Origin: an uncultured bacterium
GTDB taxonomy: Bacteria > Patescibacteriota > Minisyncoccia > Phycocordibacterales > Phycocordibacteraceae
Assembly (NCBI GenBank): GCA_937879955.1
Contig: CALFMK010000002.1
Coordinates: forward strand, 1,175-65,174
DNA length: 64,000 nt
Direction of reading: 5' to 3'
Both the position numbers and the translations under genes were made by a program. Position 1 is the first letter of the stretch; the number at the start of each line of letters is the position of its first letter. This document shows positions 40,109 to 50,657 of this stretch, piece by piece. Below the pieces are notes generated by a model that saw only the letters and a list, made by a program, of their open reading frames with translations, was not told where the DNA came from and made no database searches.

Positions 40109-42730
40109 ATGAAGGAAAGGGATTCGGTTCGGCCACAGAACAATCAAGAAGGCAAATTAAAAAAGCAACAGAAAAATTCTGTTGTGAATAAGCAATCGCT
40201 GTCGCTTGTTGGAAATACCATCGATAGTATTGATGTACGATTGAGCTATAAAATTGTAGAGCTTTTTTCTGAGGGTCTGTACGCAAGTCCTAATAAGGCA
40301 GTTGAAGAGCTTGTTGCTAACTCATTTGATGCTGGTGCAAGGAAAGTCTTAGTACTTCTCTCAAAAGATCTGCATGGGCAAGATGCATCAATTGCAGTTA
40401 TTGATGATGGCGAGGGTATGAATGCAGCAGGTTTGAAGCAGCACTGGCTTATAGGGGTAAGCGGGAAACGAAAGGAGCATCCGCTACCGAATGGCAGGCA
40501 GCAAATTGGAAAATTCGGAATTGGTAAACTGGCAACCTACGTTCTTTCAAACCAACTCACACATGTAAGTAAGCGTGGAGGTAAATATTTTGCGACCTCG
40601 ATGAATTATGCAGACATTGACCAGCGAGTCGGTAAGGAAATAGAACCAAAGACTCCAATGAAGATTCCACTTCACCAGCCAACAGAAGCTGAAGTTATGG
40701 AGCTCCTAAGGCCCTGGACTGAGACTGCAGCCTTCAAAACCTCTGGTATGAAACTTTTCGGAAAAGGGTCTCCCAAGTCGTGGACAGTGACTCTCATGAG
40801 CTCTCTAAAAGACAAGGTTCATGACATTAGGCCAGGTCACCTGGAGTGGGTTCTTAGAACCGCCATGCCGCTTCGACCAGATTTTGAAGTTTGGATGAAT
40901 GATAAGAAACTAGCTCCAAGTAAACAAGGAAAGGGAGTGCTTAAGGAGTGGGTGCTTGGAAAAGATCTTATAGAGCTGCCAAAGCCAGCGTCAAAGGAAA
41001 TTGAGATATCAGAGGATAAGAGCGTAGATAGTGCTGATCCTAAACGTTTCTGACTGTTAACACCCCAGCTTGGGCGTATTACGGGATATGTTGAGGCTTA
41101 CAAGGATTTGCTGACCGGAAAATCTGACGAAATAGGAAGGAGCTACGGCTTCTTCGTATATGTATTTGATCGTCTCGTTAATGTCGAGGATGGTCACTTT
41201 GGAATCTCACCTGATGAACTTCGGCATGGAACCTTTGGTCGCTTCAGGGCGGTGGTCCACATGAACGGTCTTGATAGGCTTTTAAGGGCAAACCGTGAAG
41301 CACTTATGGAAGGACCGGAACTTGAAGAGGCAAGAAATATCTTGCGAGGCATCTTTAACTCCGTTCGTTCTACAATTGAGAGTCAGGTAAGTCTCGAAGA
41401 ACCTGGAGCACAACTCGCCCGAAAGCTTGCTGCAAGCCCCGGAAGCTTGTCTCGATCACCAATCGTCGAGCTGGCACGTGCTGTGGTGGAGAAGCGTAGT
41501 AATGCACATTATCTTTCCGTACCTGATTTAAAGAACGATTCTGAACGAGAAGCTTTTATAAGCGAGCTTGAATCTCGCGCTGCGGATCCAGAAAAATTCG
41601 TTTCTGGACTCACTCTCGATTACAACGGTAGTCCCGATGAAGGTTTTGCAAAATATGATACCCAAACGGCAAACCTACGTATAAACGCCTGGCATCCACT
41701 TGTCGCAACTTTCCACGACGAATTCTCAAGTAAAACGAGCGGACAGCCTCTCGAGGTCTTGGCAATGGCCGAAGTACTTGCTGAGTCGCATCTGCACGCA
41801 CTCGGGGTTCCTGGAACTACAATTAGTGACTTTCTCGCAACACGCGATAGGCTGCTCCGGTATCTTGCAAATGAATCCGGACATCAAAGTGCATTTTCTG
41901 TTGCAGCCTCATTAAAAGAAGCAAGAAATAATCCTGACTCTTTAGAAGATAAGGTATGCGCTGCTTTCTCAAGTCTTGGATTTGAAACCATCCCTATTGG
42001 AGGTAAGGGTAAGCCGGACGGGGTTGCAACAGCACATCTTTCCGCGGGTGAAGACGGACAGTCTCGTCGTTACTCCGTGAGTCTTGAAGCAAAAAGTAAA
42101 GAGAAGGATGGAGTCAGGGTCGCCAATGCTAGTGTACGAGTGTCGGCAATTGCGCGCCAGCGCGATGAGTATGCCTGTAACCACGCAATTATCGTCGGTC
42201 CGTCCTTCTCAACGACAGCGGGCGAGAGCTCAGCACTCGCAAAAGAGATTAGCGCTGACCGAGAAGGTACGGAGGCAAGGGGTAATCGGAAGACCATTAC
42301 GCTTATAACAGTCGATGATTTGGCACGGCTCGTAACACTCCGTCCCCTTAAACAGCTCGGTCTTTCTGAGATCCGGAGCCTTTTTGAGTGTAGGTTACCC
42401 GAGGAAAGCAGGGAATGGGTAGATGGTATCCAGGCAAAGATTGTCGAAAAGCCACCGTACAAAGAGATCATTGGAGCTATTCACAAGCTCCAGAAAGACT
42501 TTAATCAAGCAAGTGTTAAATATTCGGCATTGCGCGTAGAGCTCTCGCATCTCTTACCGCCCATTAAATTTGATAGAGATGATGAACTTATCGAGCTCTG
42601 TAATGCGCTGGCGCAAATGTCATCAGGAGCCATGCATGCCAATACTGGAACAGTTGAGCTCGATCAGAGTAGGGAAAATGTAATTACCGCTATCGAAGCT
42701 GCGATGAGGGAGTATAATGGCCAGAGTTAA
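40109..42730 (+). pseudogene. GHKL (HATPase_c) ATPase fused to a PD-(D/E)xK restriction-endonuclease-like domain, interrupted by one in-frame TGA (41051-41053)
   Basis: ELVANSFDA, IDDGEGM, GKFGIGKLA; same frame continues PKRF*LLTPQLGRITG; later KPDGVA...EAKS. Confidence 0.75.
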
Positions 42731-42732
42731 TT

Positions 42733-43992
42733 ATGCCGGCAAAAGCAAGTACAACACAGAAGAAGGGTAAGACAATGTACGATGCACTGGGACGTGACTC
42801 AGTGCACCCCTTTCCGGCCCGAATGGCCCCGACAATCGCGCTCGAAGTACTAGAGAACTCAAAGAGACCTCTCAGGATCCTCGACCCAATGATGGGTTCT
42901 GGGACAGTCATCGCTCTTGCGCGAGCGAATGGACATCAAGCAAGAGGAATTGATATAGATCCTCTGGCGGTGCTACTTTCGAAGGTATGGACGACTGCGG
43001 TTGATATTGAACACATAAATACCGTAGCTAAGAATGTTCTGGCCATAGCAGAAAAAAGTTTCCCTAATATGCCCCTGGAGAAGGCGTATCCAATAGAATC
43101 TGATGATGAGACGAAAGAGTTCATTGACTATTGGTTTGATCCCATTGTCCGTAGGCAAATGACTTCTCTTTCAAACGCGATCCTAGCCGTTGAGGATGAG
43201 GACGAGCGAGATGTACTTTGGTGTGCGCTTTCTCGCTTAATTATCGTGAAGAGCTCAGGCGTATCACTCGCGATGGATCTATCACATAGTCGTCCGCATA
43301 GAGTCTACGAAGAAGCTCCAGTAAGGCCGTTTGATAAATTTCTACCCATGGTTCTGAAGGTGACAAAGAGTTGTCTTGATAAGAAAGACAAGGCTCGCGG
43401 ACCTGTAGCGAAGGTTGCAAGGGGTGATGCTCGAAAACTCCCGATTAGAAAATCTTCGATAGATATCGTGCTTACTTCTCCTCCCTATCTTAATGCTATT
43501 GATTACATGCGTTGTAGTAAATTTTCATTGGTGTGGATGGGGTATAAAATTGGTGAACTAAGAAAGCTCCGTACCGATAGTATTGGTAGTGAATTAAGCA
43601 GTGGTATTGCTAACGAAGATGAGAGTGTGAAGCTTGTAGTAAAGGGATTAAATCTACAGCCTCGACTGACAACACGGAATCAGGCCATACTTTCTCGATA
43701 TATATATGATATGACCTCTTCAATAAAAGAGGTTGCAAGAGTATTAGTCCCAAATGGAAAGGCAATTTATGTGGTCGGTGAAAATACGATCAAGGGAACC
43801 TATATAAGGAATTCTGTTGTAATGGAAATTGTTGCAAAGCAAGTAGGGCTAGCGCTGACAGAAAAAAAAGTTCGAATTTTACCTGCCAATCGTCGTTATC
43901 TTCCGCCTCCAACAAAAAGATCAAGCAAGGCTTCGATGGATGCGCGTATGCGGAGAGAAGTTGTAATGACCTTCACGAAACTGGCGATTTAA
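42733..43992 (+). CDS. DNA methyltransferase, SPPY-type (probable N4-cytosine)
   Basis: HPFPARM, LDPMMGSGT (motif I) preceding TSPPY (motif IV). Confidence 0.88.
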   Translation: MPAKASTTQKKGKTMYDALGRDSVHPFPARMAPTIALEVLENSKRPLRILDPMMGSGTVIALARANGHQARGIDIDPLAVLLSKVWTTAVDIEHINTVAKNVLAIAEKSFPNMPLEKAYPIESDDETKEFIDYWFDPIVRRQMTSLSNAILAVEDEDERDVLWCALSRLIIVKSSGVSLAMDLSHSRPHRVYEEAPVRPFDKFLPMVLKVTKSCLDKKDKARGPVAKVARGDARKLPIRKSSIDIVLTSPPYLNAIDYMRCSKFSLVWMGYKIGELRKLRTDSIGSELSSGIANEDESVKLVVKGLNLQPRLTTRNQAILSRYIYDMTSSIKEVARVLVPNGKAIYVVGENTIKGTYIRNSVVMEIVAKQVGLALTEKKVRILPANRRYLPPPTKRSSKASMDARMRREVVMTFTKLAI

Positions 43993-44050
43993 TATTAGTG
44001 AACTTGTCAAATTCTGTGCCAGGATTATCTATCTGATAAGATATTTATGA

Positions 44051-44398
44051 ATGGCCGATATAGAAAAACTCAAGGAAATGGTGGTCCAATTCCGAGACGA
44101 TCGGGACTGGAAGCAATTTCATACTCCTAAAGACCTGGCCATTTCCATGGCTCTCGAGGCTGGGGAAGTCCTTGAGCATTTCCAGTGGAAAGACGAAAGG
44201 GCCCAATGGGCACATGGTGAGGCCAAAAGGGAGGATATTGGCGACGAGCTCGCCGACGTTCTGTATTGGGTTCTTCTCCTAAGTAACGATCTGAATATTG
44301 ATATTTCAGAGGCTTTTGTTCGCAAGCTCGAAAAGAATAACGAGAAGTATCCCGTAGAAAAGGCGAAGGGAAGAAACGCGAAGTACACAGAACTCTAG
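44051..44398 (+). CDS. MazG-like nucleotide pyrophosphohydrolase (RS21-C6/DCTPP1-like)
   Basis: FRDDRDWKQFHTPKDLA...EAGEVLEHFQW...DELADV...KYP. Confidence 0.9.
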   Translation: MADIEKLKEMVVQFRDDRDWKQFHTPKDLAISMALEAGEVLEHFQWKDERAQWAHGEAKREDIGDELADVLYWVLLLSNDLNIDISEAFVRKLEKNNEKYPVEKAKGRNAKYTEL

Positions 44399-44400
44399 CC

Positions 44401-45966
44401 ATGTCCGAGATCGAAAGCTTTGAATTTAAGAGAAGCGAATCGGATAAAATTCGAAAATATAAATTCGGAAGCAATTGGCCCGTTGTGTATCTTCTCGAAG
44501 ACGGGAAAGAGCTCTATGTGGGGCAGACCACTCGTGCCTTTGTGCGCAGCAAGCAGCATCTCGATACCCCGTCCCGGGCAAAGCTAAAGAAGATGCATAT
44601 AATCAGTGACGAGGAATTTAATATCTCAGCTGCTCTCGATATCGAATCCTGGCTCATTCAGTACCTTTCAGCGGAAGGTACGTTTCAGCTACAGAACTCC
44701 AATAAGGGTCTGAGGAATCATGAGTACTTTGATCGTGAGAAGTACAAGGCGAAGTTCGAGCTTATTTGGGAGAAGCTCAGGGCAATGTCGCTTGCTACCC
44801 AGGACCTCGTACAGCTCAGGAATAGTGACGTATTCAAATACTCTCCCTATAAGTCTCTTAGTGACGATCAGCTGATCATTGCCACTGATCTCTTTAAGAA
44901 GATCGCGAAGAACGAACAGAAAACGTATCTCATTAATGGAAAGCCAGGAACCGGAAAAACCGTCTTGGCAATCTATTTGATGAAGTACCTTGCGCAGGAG
45001 AAGGAGACACGGCATTTGAAGATTGCTCTTGTGGTGCCCATGACCTCGCTGCGGCAGACTATACGGAACGTCTTCAGGAAAATCCCTGGTCTCAAGACCA
45101 CTCAGGTTATCGGTCCTGCTGACGTAACGAGAGGAGACTACGATCTACTTATTGTGGACGAGGCCCATAGGCTCAAACAGCGCGTAAACATAGCCAATTA
45201 CCAGTCTTTTGATGTGGTTAACAAAAGGCTCGGTTTTGGTAACGAAGGCACCGAACTCGACTGGATACTCGCTTCTTCAAAACAGCAGATACTCTTTTAC
45301 GACAGGAACCAGAGTGTACGCCCATCCGATGTTTCCGAGCAACGATTCTCTCAACTGAAGGCTGATTTCTATAACCTAGCCAGCCAGCTGAGAGTGGAGG
45401 GAGGAGAGGAATATCTTGAATATGTAGACGGTGTTCTCAGCCTCAGAAATACCTCCTATGTACCTCAGGACTATGACTTCGCTATCTATGAGGACATTCG
45501 GGAGATGATCTCTGATATCAAGAAAAGAGACGCTGAGACTGGTCTGGCTCGTGTAGTGGCAGGATATGCCTGGGACTGGAAGACAAAGAACGGGGGAGAG
45601 GAATATGATATCGAGATCGATGGTCTAAGGCTGATCTGGAACTCAACAACGAGTGATTGGGTTAATTCCAAGAACGCTGTTAATGAAATAGGTTGTATCC
45701 ATACTATCCAGGGCTATGACCTCAATTATGCTGGCGTTATTATCGGACCTGAGATCTCATATGATCCCGAGCAGCACCGTATCGTTGTTGATCCAAAGAA
45801 GTATAAGGACATAAACGGAAAGCGATCCGTTGAGAATCCTGAAGAACTTGAGCGATATGTCATTAATATCTACAAGACCCTTCTCACGCGTGGGATTAAG
45901 GGAACCTACGTATATATCGCAGATGAAGAGCTGAGGAAGCTTTTTCGAAAGAATCTAATCGCTTAA
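44401..45966 (+). CDS. GIY-YIG nuclease fused to a DUF2075 (Schlafen group 3-like) helicase
   Basis: PVVYLL...LYVGQT...R..QH; GKPGTGKT, DEAHRL, GCIHTIQGYDL, YKTLLTRG. Confidence 0.88.
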   Translation: MSEIESFEFKRSESDKIRKYKFGSNWPVVYLLEDGKELYVGQTTRAFVRSKQHLDTPSRAKLKKMHIISDEEFNISAALDIESWLIQYLSAEGTFQLQNSNKGLRNHEYFDREKYKAKFELIWEKLRAMSLATQDLVQLRNSDVFKYSPYKSLSDDQLIIATDLFKKIAKNEQKTYLINGKPGTGKTVLAIYLMKYLAQEKETRHLKIALVVPMTSLRQTIRNVFRKIPGLKTTQVIGPADVTRGDYDLLIVDEAHRLKQRVNIANYQSFDVVNKRLGFGNEGTELDWILASSKQQILFYDRNQSVRPSDVSEQRFSQLKADFYNLASQLRVEGGEEYLEYVDGVLSLRNTSYVPQDYDFAIYEDIREMISDIKKRDAETGLARVVAGYAWDWKTKNGGEEYDIEIDGLRLIWNSTTSDWVNSKNAVNEIGCIHTIQGYDLNYAGVIIGPEISYDPEQHRIVVDPKKYKDINGKRSVENPEELERYVINIYKTLLTRGIKGTYVYIADEELRKLFRKNLIA

Positions 45967-46040
45967 TTGGGAGCTTTCAGACTTTATCAAAAATTTATCT
46001 AGATTTGATATCCTCCTGTCTTAGGCTAATACAATCAACC

Positions 46041-46673
46041 ATGAATAAGACGGTACTTATAGCGATTGCAGCCTTCCTCATTCTTGTCGGTGGCATGTAT
46101 TACTTCACCCGCTCGTCGGAGGAATCAGCTACCGTGGTAGATACTTCAGGTTGGAATACCTATACAAATACTACCTATTCATATTCGCTTTCATACCCTG
46201 ATGGCCTCAGACTGGGATACCCGGGTATGGCTGAAACGGTGCGGATCGAGGAGACTGACGATCTTATGATTGATGCTGATCTTAAGCCAGCCATCTTTGG
46301 TGTGACAGCATATACCGTTGATACAGCACATGACTCTCCGGCCATTAAGGAGCGAAACAGTTTGGCCACTCTACCACTTAAAGAGTTTGCTGAAGGTGTC
46401 CGACAGCTGCAGGTAAATGACTCAAATTCTTCAATCCAAGATAAAACGGTTGGAGAGTTACAGGAAATTACGTTTGCAGGAAAGCCGGCCTATTCCTTCA
46501 CTCTAAACAAAGCGTTTGTCTCAGATTCACTTGGTAGTGGCTATATTCTCACACCAGAAGATACGAACTTTAATTTCATCTTCGTTGAGAATAAGTTCGG
46601 CCAGAAACTTATGGTTCGGTATCTTGTGAACGATACCGCTGCAGAAGGTATAAAGAATTCATTCAAGCTCTAG
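46041..46673 (+). CDS. Membrane-anchored exported protein (PsbP-like fold possible)
   Basis: N-terminal TM; WNTYTN...YSLSYP motif; TACAAT 5 nt before ATG. Confidence 0.65.
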   Translation: MNKTVLIAIAAFLILVGGMYYFTRSSEESATVVDTSGWNTYTNTTYSYSLSYPDGLRLGYPGMAETVRIEETDDLMIDADLKPAIFGVTAYTVDTAHDSPAIKERNSLATLPLKEFAEGVRQLQVNDSNSSIQDKTVGELQEITFAGKPAYSFTLNKAFVSDSLGSGYILTPEDTNFNFIFVENKFGQKLMVRYLVNDTAAEGIKNSFKL

Positions 46674-46751
46674 CGCTGCATTATAATTAATAAAAAGCCC
46701 CCGGCTCTCGAAAGAGAGTCGGGGGTAGTTCGTTAAGAGCTTAGCTCTTGG

Positions 46752-47450
46752 TTATTGGCAGGTGGCTGCGGGGTAATGCATGTTACTGCCGGAATGAAGC
46801 GGGTCTGGAATCAAAGCATACTGGTACCAGTACTCCGTTGCCTGACTCTCAGATCCAGCAAACGGATCACGGCTTGTACCGCTGGCCGACATCGAGCTAC
46901 GTAGCTCGAAGTGTAGGTGAGGTCCGGTGACACTCCCGCTCCTGCCCGAGAGACCGACCAGTGTTCCGCCAGGGCCGCTCACGCAGGTGATCGATTGTCC
47001 GTTGGTGACGTTGACCGAGCTCAGGTGCGCATAGAGCGTGTACCAGCCATCAGCATGCTGAATCCAGACGTGGTTGCCCAGGTTGCTGCCGCAGGACGGA
47101 TTGCCGGTCGCTGGACAGCCTGTCGTTACGGAAGCAACCGTTCCGCTCGCTGCCGCATAGACCGACGTACCAGATGATACGCCAAAGTCCGTTCCTCGAT
47201 GCCTCGGGTTGTTGCCGTAATAGTACGGCGAGGTGGACGGTATGACCGTGGCATCGTAACGAATGTTGGTGTTGGTCGCGTAGGGTGTATGCCAGTGGTC
47301 CATCCATGCCGTAATGCTATACGGCACGTAGGCAAGCGGGAGCCTGTACTTTGTTTGCGCTTGAGCTGCGCTCCCGTTCAAGAACGTGAGAAAAAGCGCG
47401 ACCGCCGCACATAGAGTGGCCAGCAGTCCCTGATTCCTGTAGCTTCTCAT
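46752..47450 (-). CDS. M23 family metallopeptidase
   Basis: Signal peptide; HRGTDF, VYAAASG, LYAHL, GPHLHFE. Confidence 0.9.
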   Translation of the reverse strand: MRSYRNQGLLATLCAAVALFLTFLNGSAAQAQTKYRLPLAYVPYSITAWMDHWHTPYATNTNIRYDATVIPSTSPYYYGNNPRHRGTDFGVSSGTSVYAAASGTVASVTTGCPATGNPSCGSNLGNHVWIQHADGWYTLYAHLSSVNVTNGQSITCVSGPGGTLVGLSGRSGSVTGPHLHFELRSSMSASGTSRDPFAGSESQATEYWYQYALIPDPLHSGSNMHYPAATCQ

Positions 47451-47591
47451 CTATACTCTCCAAATATGTAGGTTTGAGGTTGTGTAGATACATAGACTGC
47501 ACTACGGACCCATGCAAGCCCCCTTTGAAAGAACAAAGTTCGCACTATTTGCGAATACCTGACTCGAAATAGTCAGGTGCAGCATCCTACC

Positions 47592-48053
47592 TTACGAAGA
47601 TAAAGAGAAAATAAAGTCGAAATGCTCTGAAGAAACCGGTGTCACTGAAAGCCTCGAACCCGGTTGCAGAATCATCATCTTCCCAAGATGAGAATCTGCC
47701 CTGATGTCAGTCAGCGTAACCGGCACCTCGAGCTTCCGAACGAACGCGATATCAACCAAGTCCCAGATAGGCTTCGCTTCAGTGGCGCGCGGATCATAAT
47801 AGCTGCTCTTCGGGTCGAACTGGGTCGGGTCAGGATAGGGCAGGGAGACAACCTCGGCGATGCCGTAGACGCCTGGCACCTTACAGTTCGAATGATAGAA
47901 GAGCACATGGTCTCCGGGCTTCATCTCGCGCATATAGTTCCGGGCCTGAAAGTTCCGGACTCCGGTCCAAGCAGTCTTCCCGTCCTTCTTGAGATGGTCG
48001 ATTCCGTAGCTCTCGGGCTCGGATTTCATGAGCCAATATCGCTTTTCAGACAT
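47592..48053 (-). CDS. EVE domain protein
   Basis: YWLMKSEP, WTGVRNFQARN, FYHS, RLSVTPV. Confidence 0.92.
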   Translation of the reverse strand: MSEKRYWLMKSEPESYGIDHLKKDGKTAWTGVRNFQARNYMREMKPGDHVLFYHSNCKVPGVYGIAEVVSLPYPDPTQFDPKSSYYDPRATEAKPIWDLVDIAFVRKLEVPVTLTDIRADSHLGKMMILQPGSRLSVTPVSSEHFDFIFSLSS

Positions 48054-48111
48054 TGTTTCCAGTATATATAAAATCCAGTTTTTCTTTATATTCCTGAGAT
48101 ACATTGCAGCA

Positions 48112-48531
48112 ATGAATACTGCAAAAAAGGAAAGGGACTTCAGAAAGCGTGTCACAAGACGTCTGAAAAGGAGTGACCCTGTTCGGTGGGAAGGTCTTTC
48201 TGAGGAAGAACGGTTGAGTGCCGTAGAGGTCTATGCAGATCTTGTGGACCCAAAGAATTTGGATCCCTTGTCCCTTATCAATGAGACATGGAATCGTGCC
48301 GATGCAGTAGACAATCTAATGATGGGTGTGCTGCTCGGGCTTTTCGGAACTGCTGCAGGCAATGTCATTGAAAATTACCTTGCTCCCGCCGGGATAGTGT
48401 ATGAATTCTTCGCGGTAACATTCTTCCTTGGTATTTTCTTTATCTTCAACTGGATACCGGGAGAGATTCTCAATCGAAGCTATAAGGAAGGTCGCTTGCT
48501 CGAGAAGCTCTTAAGGGAGAAGAAATCGTAA
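48112..48531 (+). CDS. Hypothetical 2-TM protein
   Basis: TACATT 6 nt before ATG; two hydrophobic segments. Confidence 0.55.
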   Translation: MNTAKKERDFRKRVTRRLKRSDPVRWEGLSEEERLSAVEVYADLVDPKNLDPLSLINETWNRADAVDNLMMGVLLGLFGTAAGNVIENYLAPAGIVYEFFAVTFFLGIFFIFNWIPGEILNRSYKEGRLLEKLLREKKS

Positions 48532-48574
48532 ATCGTATAAGAAAACCGGCCGCCCCAAAGGAGCGGCCGATGTA

Positions 48575-48742
48575 CTAACACAAACGCTTACGCTTCCATG
48601 TCGAAGCGGAGCCTCTCTTCGGAAGCCGCTCTCGCCGAGGACCCGGGGTCCAAGCAGGCCGGTGCTCCTTCACGATGCGAGGCGCCGTAATCGCTGTCGT
48701 AGCCAGAAGGCTCGTGAATACGAGCCCGATGATCAATCTCAT
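48575..48742 (-). CDS. 55-aa protein with hydrophobic N-terminus and basic tail
   Basis: GGAGGG SD; terminator at about 48542-48569. Confidence 0.45.
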   Translation of the reverse strand: MRLIIGLVFTSLLATTAITAPRIVKEHRPAWTPGPRRERLPKRGSASTWKRKRLC

Positions 48743-48835
48743 ATTGGTCCCTCCGATTTCCTCGTACAGACTGCCTCTCGCGAGCCTCCTCGTCAACAAA
48801 GAAAGAGGCCGCTCCAGAGGAGCGGCCTCGGCCTT

Positions 48836-49126
48836 TCAGTGCACCGTCGCGAACGTATACAGATAGAAGCAGGTGCCGATTGCCGGTAGGGCGAGCAGAG
48901 GCAGCGCATCGAGATTCTTGAGACTGCCTTCGACGTGGGTGCGCGGACAGCTCCATTCCTCGCGGTTGCTCACGAGCGGCCCGATCTTCGCCTCGATGAA
49001 CACGGGCCTGCCGAGCTCCTTCTCCATGGCTTCACGAACCTGGTCGATGGAAAGGTTCGCGGGGTAGTGGCCGAGCCGGAGCTCGAATTCCACTTTGGTA
49101 TCGATAGGTGCTCCTTCGAAAGCCAT
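48836..49126 (-). CDS. Orphan hypothetical protein (96 aa)
   Basis: AGGAG SD before MAFEGAP; terminator at about 48803-48829. Confidence 0.55.
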   Translation of the reverse strand: MAFEGAPIDTKVEFELRLGHYPANLSIDQVREAMEKELGRPVFIEAKIGPLVSNREEWSCPRTHVEGSLKNLDALPLLALPAIGTCFYLYTFATVH

Positions 49127-49213
49127 CCTCGGTTCTCCTATGTGCTGGAGGCTGCTCTGCCTAGGGTTGTACCTCCCCGGGAAGGAAGCGTCAAACGTAG
49201 GTATAGTGGGAGG

Positions 49214-49783
49214 ATGACCGTGCCGTACGAGATACGCGAATCCACCCGCGCCAAGCGCCTCGGCCTCACGGTGCACCCGGACGGGCGGGTAACCGTCACG
49301 AAGCCCGTACGGACTCCGCTGAAGAAGGCGGAGCAGTTTGCCGCCAAGCACGAGGACTGGATCCTGGCGGCCCAGGAATCCTTCCGGAGGAGGGCAGAGA
49401 AGCGGAAGAAGGCCGGCATAGAGCAGGTGCAGCTCCCGCGCCCACGGAAGGGATCGAACGCGTACAAGGAGGCCAGAGAGGCCGCCCGAGCGCTCGTATC
49501 GGAGCGCCTCGCATATTTCAATCAGCTCTACGGCTTCCGGTACGGATCCATATCCATACGGGACCAGAAGACCCGATGGGGAAGCTGCTCGGCTGCCGGG
49601 AACCTCTCCTTCAACTATCGTCTCGCATACCTGCCCGAGCGGCTCCAGGACTACGTCGTGGTGCACGAGCTCTGCCACGTGAAGGAGCACAACCATTCCC
49701 CGAGGTTCTGGGACCAGATGACGCGAGCGCTGCCGGACCATGTCGCTCTCCGGAAGGAGCTCCGTACCCGCTACGCGGCCTGA
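49214..49783 (+). CDS. YgjP/DUF45 zinc metalloprotease-like protein
   Basis: QKTRWGSCS, DYVVVHELCHVKEHNHSPRFW. Confidence 0.9.
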   Translation: MTVPYEIRESTRAKRLGLTVHPDGRVTVTKPVRTPLKKAEQFAAKHEDWILAAQESFRRRAEKRKKAGIEQVQLPRPRKGSNAYKEAREAARALVSERLAYFNQLYGFRYGSISIRDQKTRWGSCSAAGNLSFNYRLAYLPERLQDYVVVHELCHVKEHNHSPRFWDQMTRALPDHVALRKELRTRYAA

Positions 49784-49849
49784 GTGGACTTCGGAGTGCA
49801 TGGTGGTATAAGTACCCCAGACGTTCGTACCAGCAGAAAGGAGTACGCC

Positions 49850-50356
49850 ATGCTACAGACCGTAGCGAGACAGAAGGCCGTAGCTCCGCGCGGAGGCACG
49901 GTCCTGAGCATCGATCTTCCGATCGCCTGTGCCGAATCCTGGCGCCGTGGCATCTATACCGGCGCGCCCGATACGGATCCAGGCGCGCCGGAATGGAGGG
50001 CAGAGAAGTATTTCCTCCCCGGCGAGGCGGACCTAGACGCGCACCCGCGCCTGCTCCTCATGTGGGCAGGCGAGCGCATGACGCCCCTGGACGCCATCTC
50101 GTGGGGGAAGCGCTACGGCCTGCGCAGGACGCACCCGCTCGAGGTGTTCGCGCTCTCGGCCGCGTTCCCGTACCTGTACTGGGGTTTCGGCCTGAAGGGC
50201 GTCGGACTCGTCCCGACCCAGCTCGGCCAGTACTGCCGCAAGCCGCATGCCTGCAGCGTGTGGCAGTCCCTGAAGCGCGGGGCGAGGGAAGCTAAGCTGC
50301 AGCCGGCGGACGCCGGCCTGCATGACCAGACGATCTTCGTCTTCGGCGAGTACTGA
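49850..50356 (+). CDS. Orphan hypothetical protein
   Basis: AAGGAG SD; terminator after stop; GLRRTHPLEVFALSAAFP segment. Confidence 0.65.
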   Translation: MLQTVARQKAVAPRGGTVLSIDLPIACAESWRRGIYTGAPDTDPGAPEWRAEKYFLPGEADLDAHPRLLLMWAGERMTPLDAISWGKRYGLRRTHPLEVFALSAAFPYLYWGFGLKGVGLVPTQLGQYCRKPHACSVWQSLKRGAREAKLQPADAGLHDQTIFVFGEY

Positions 50357-50406
50357 TCCAAGAGAGCCGCCATTCCATCGGGATGGCGGCCTTTCTCTTT
50401 CCACGT

Positions 50407-50657
50407 AAAAAGCCGCTCGCGAGAGTGCGAGCGGCTTCATTAAGGTGCAAGCGAGCGTCAGCCGTCTTGATTTTTCCGCTGCTCATAGCCGCGACTTCAC
50501 AGGGGCCCGGTGAGGGGCTTGGTCGGACGTACATTCGGCGTGGCCTACGTCTCTCGGAGCGCTATCGAGGATGAGTGGTGCGCTGAGACAACCCGGCTGC
50601 TTTCCTACGCTTTCCCGCCTCCGGCGCTTCATATCGCCTTCGGGGGAGTCCCATCCG
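50407..50657 (-). ncRNA. Candidate ~250-nt structured ncRNA
   Basis: Extended -10 TGcTACCAT (50663-50671, minus), nested stems, terminator at 50407-50437 with T-run on the minus strand. Confidence 0.45.
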
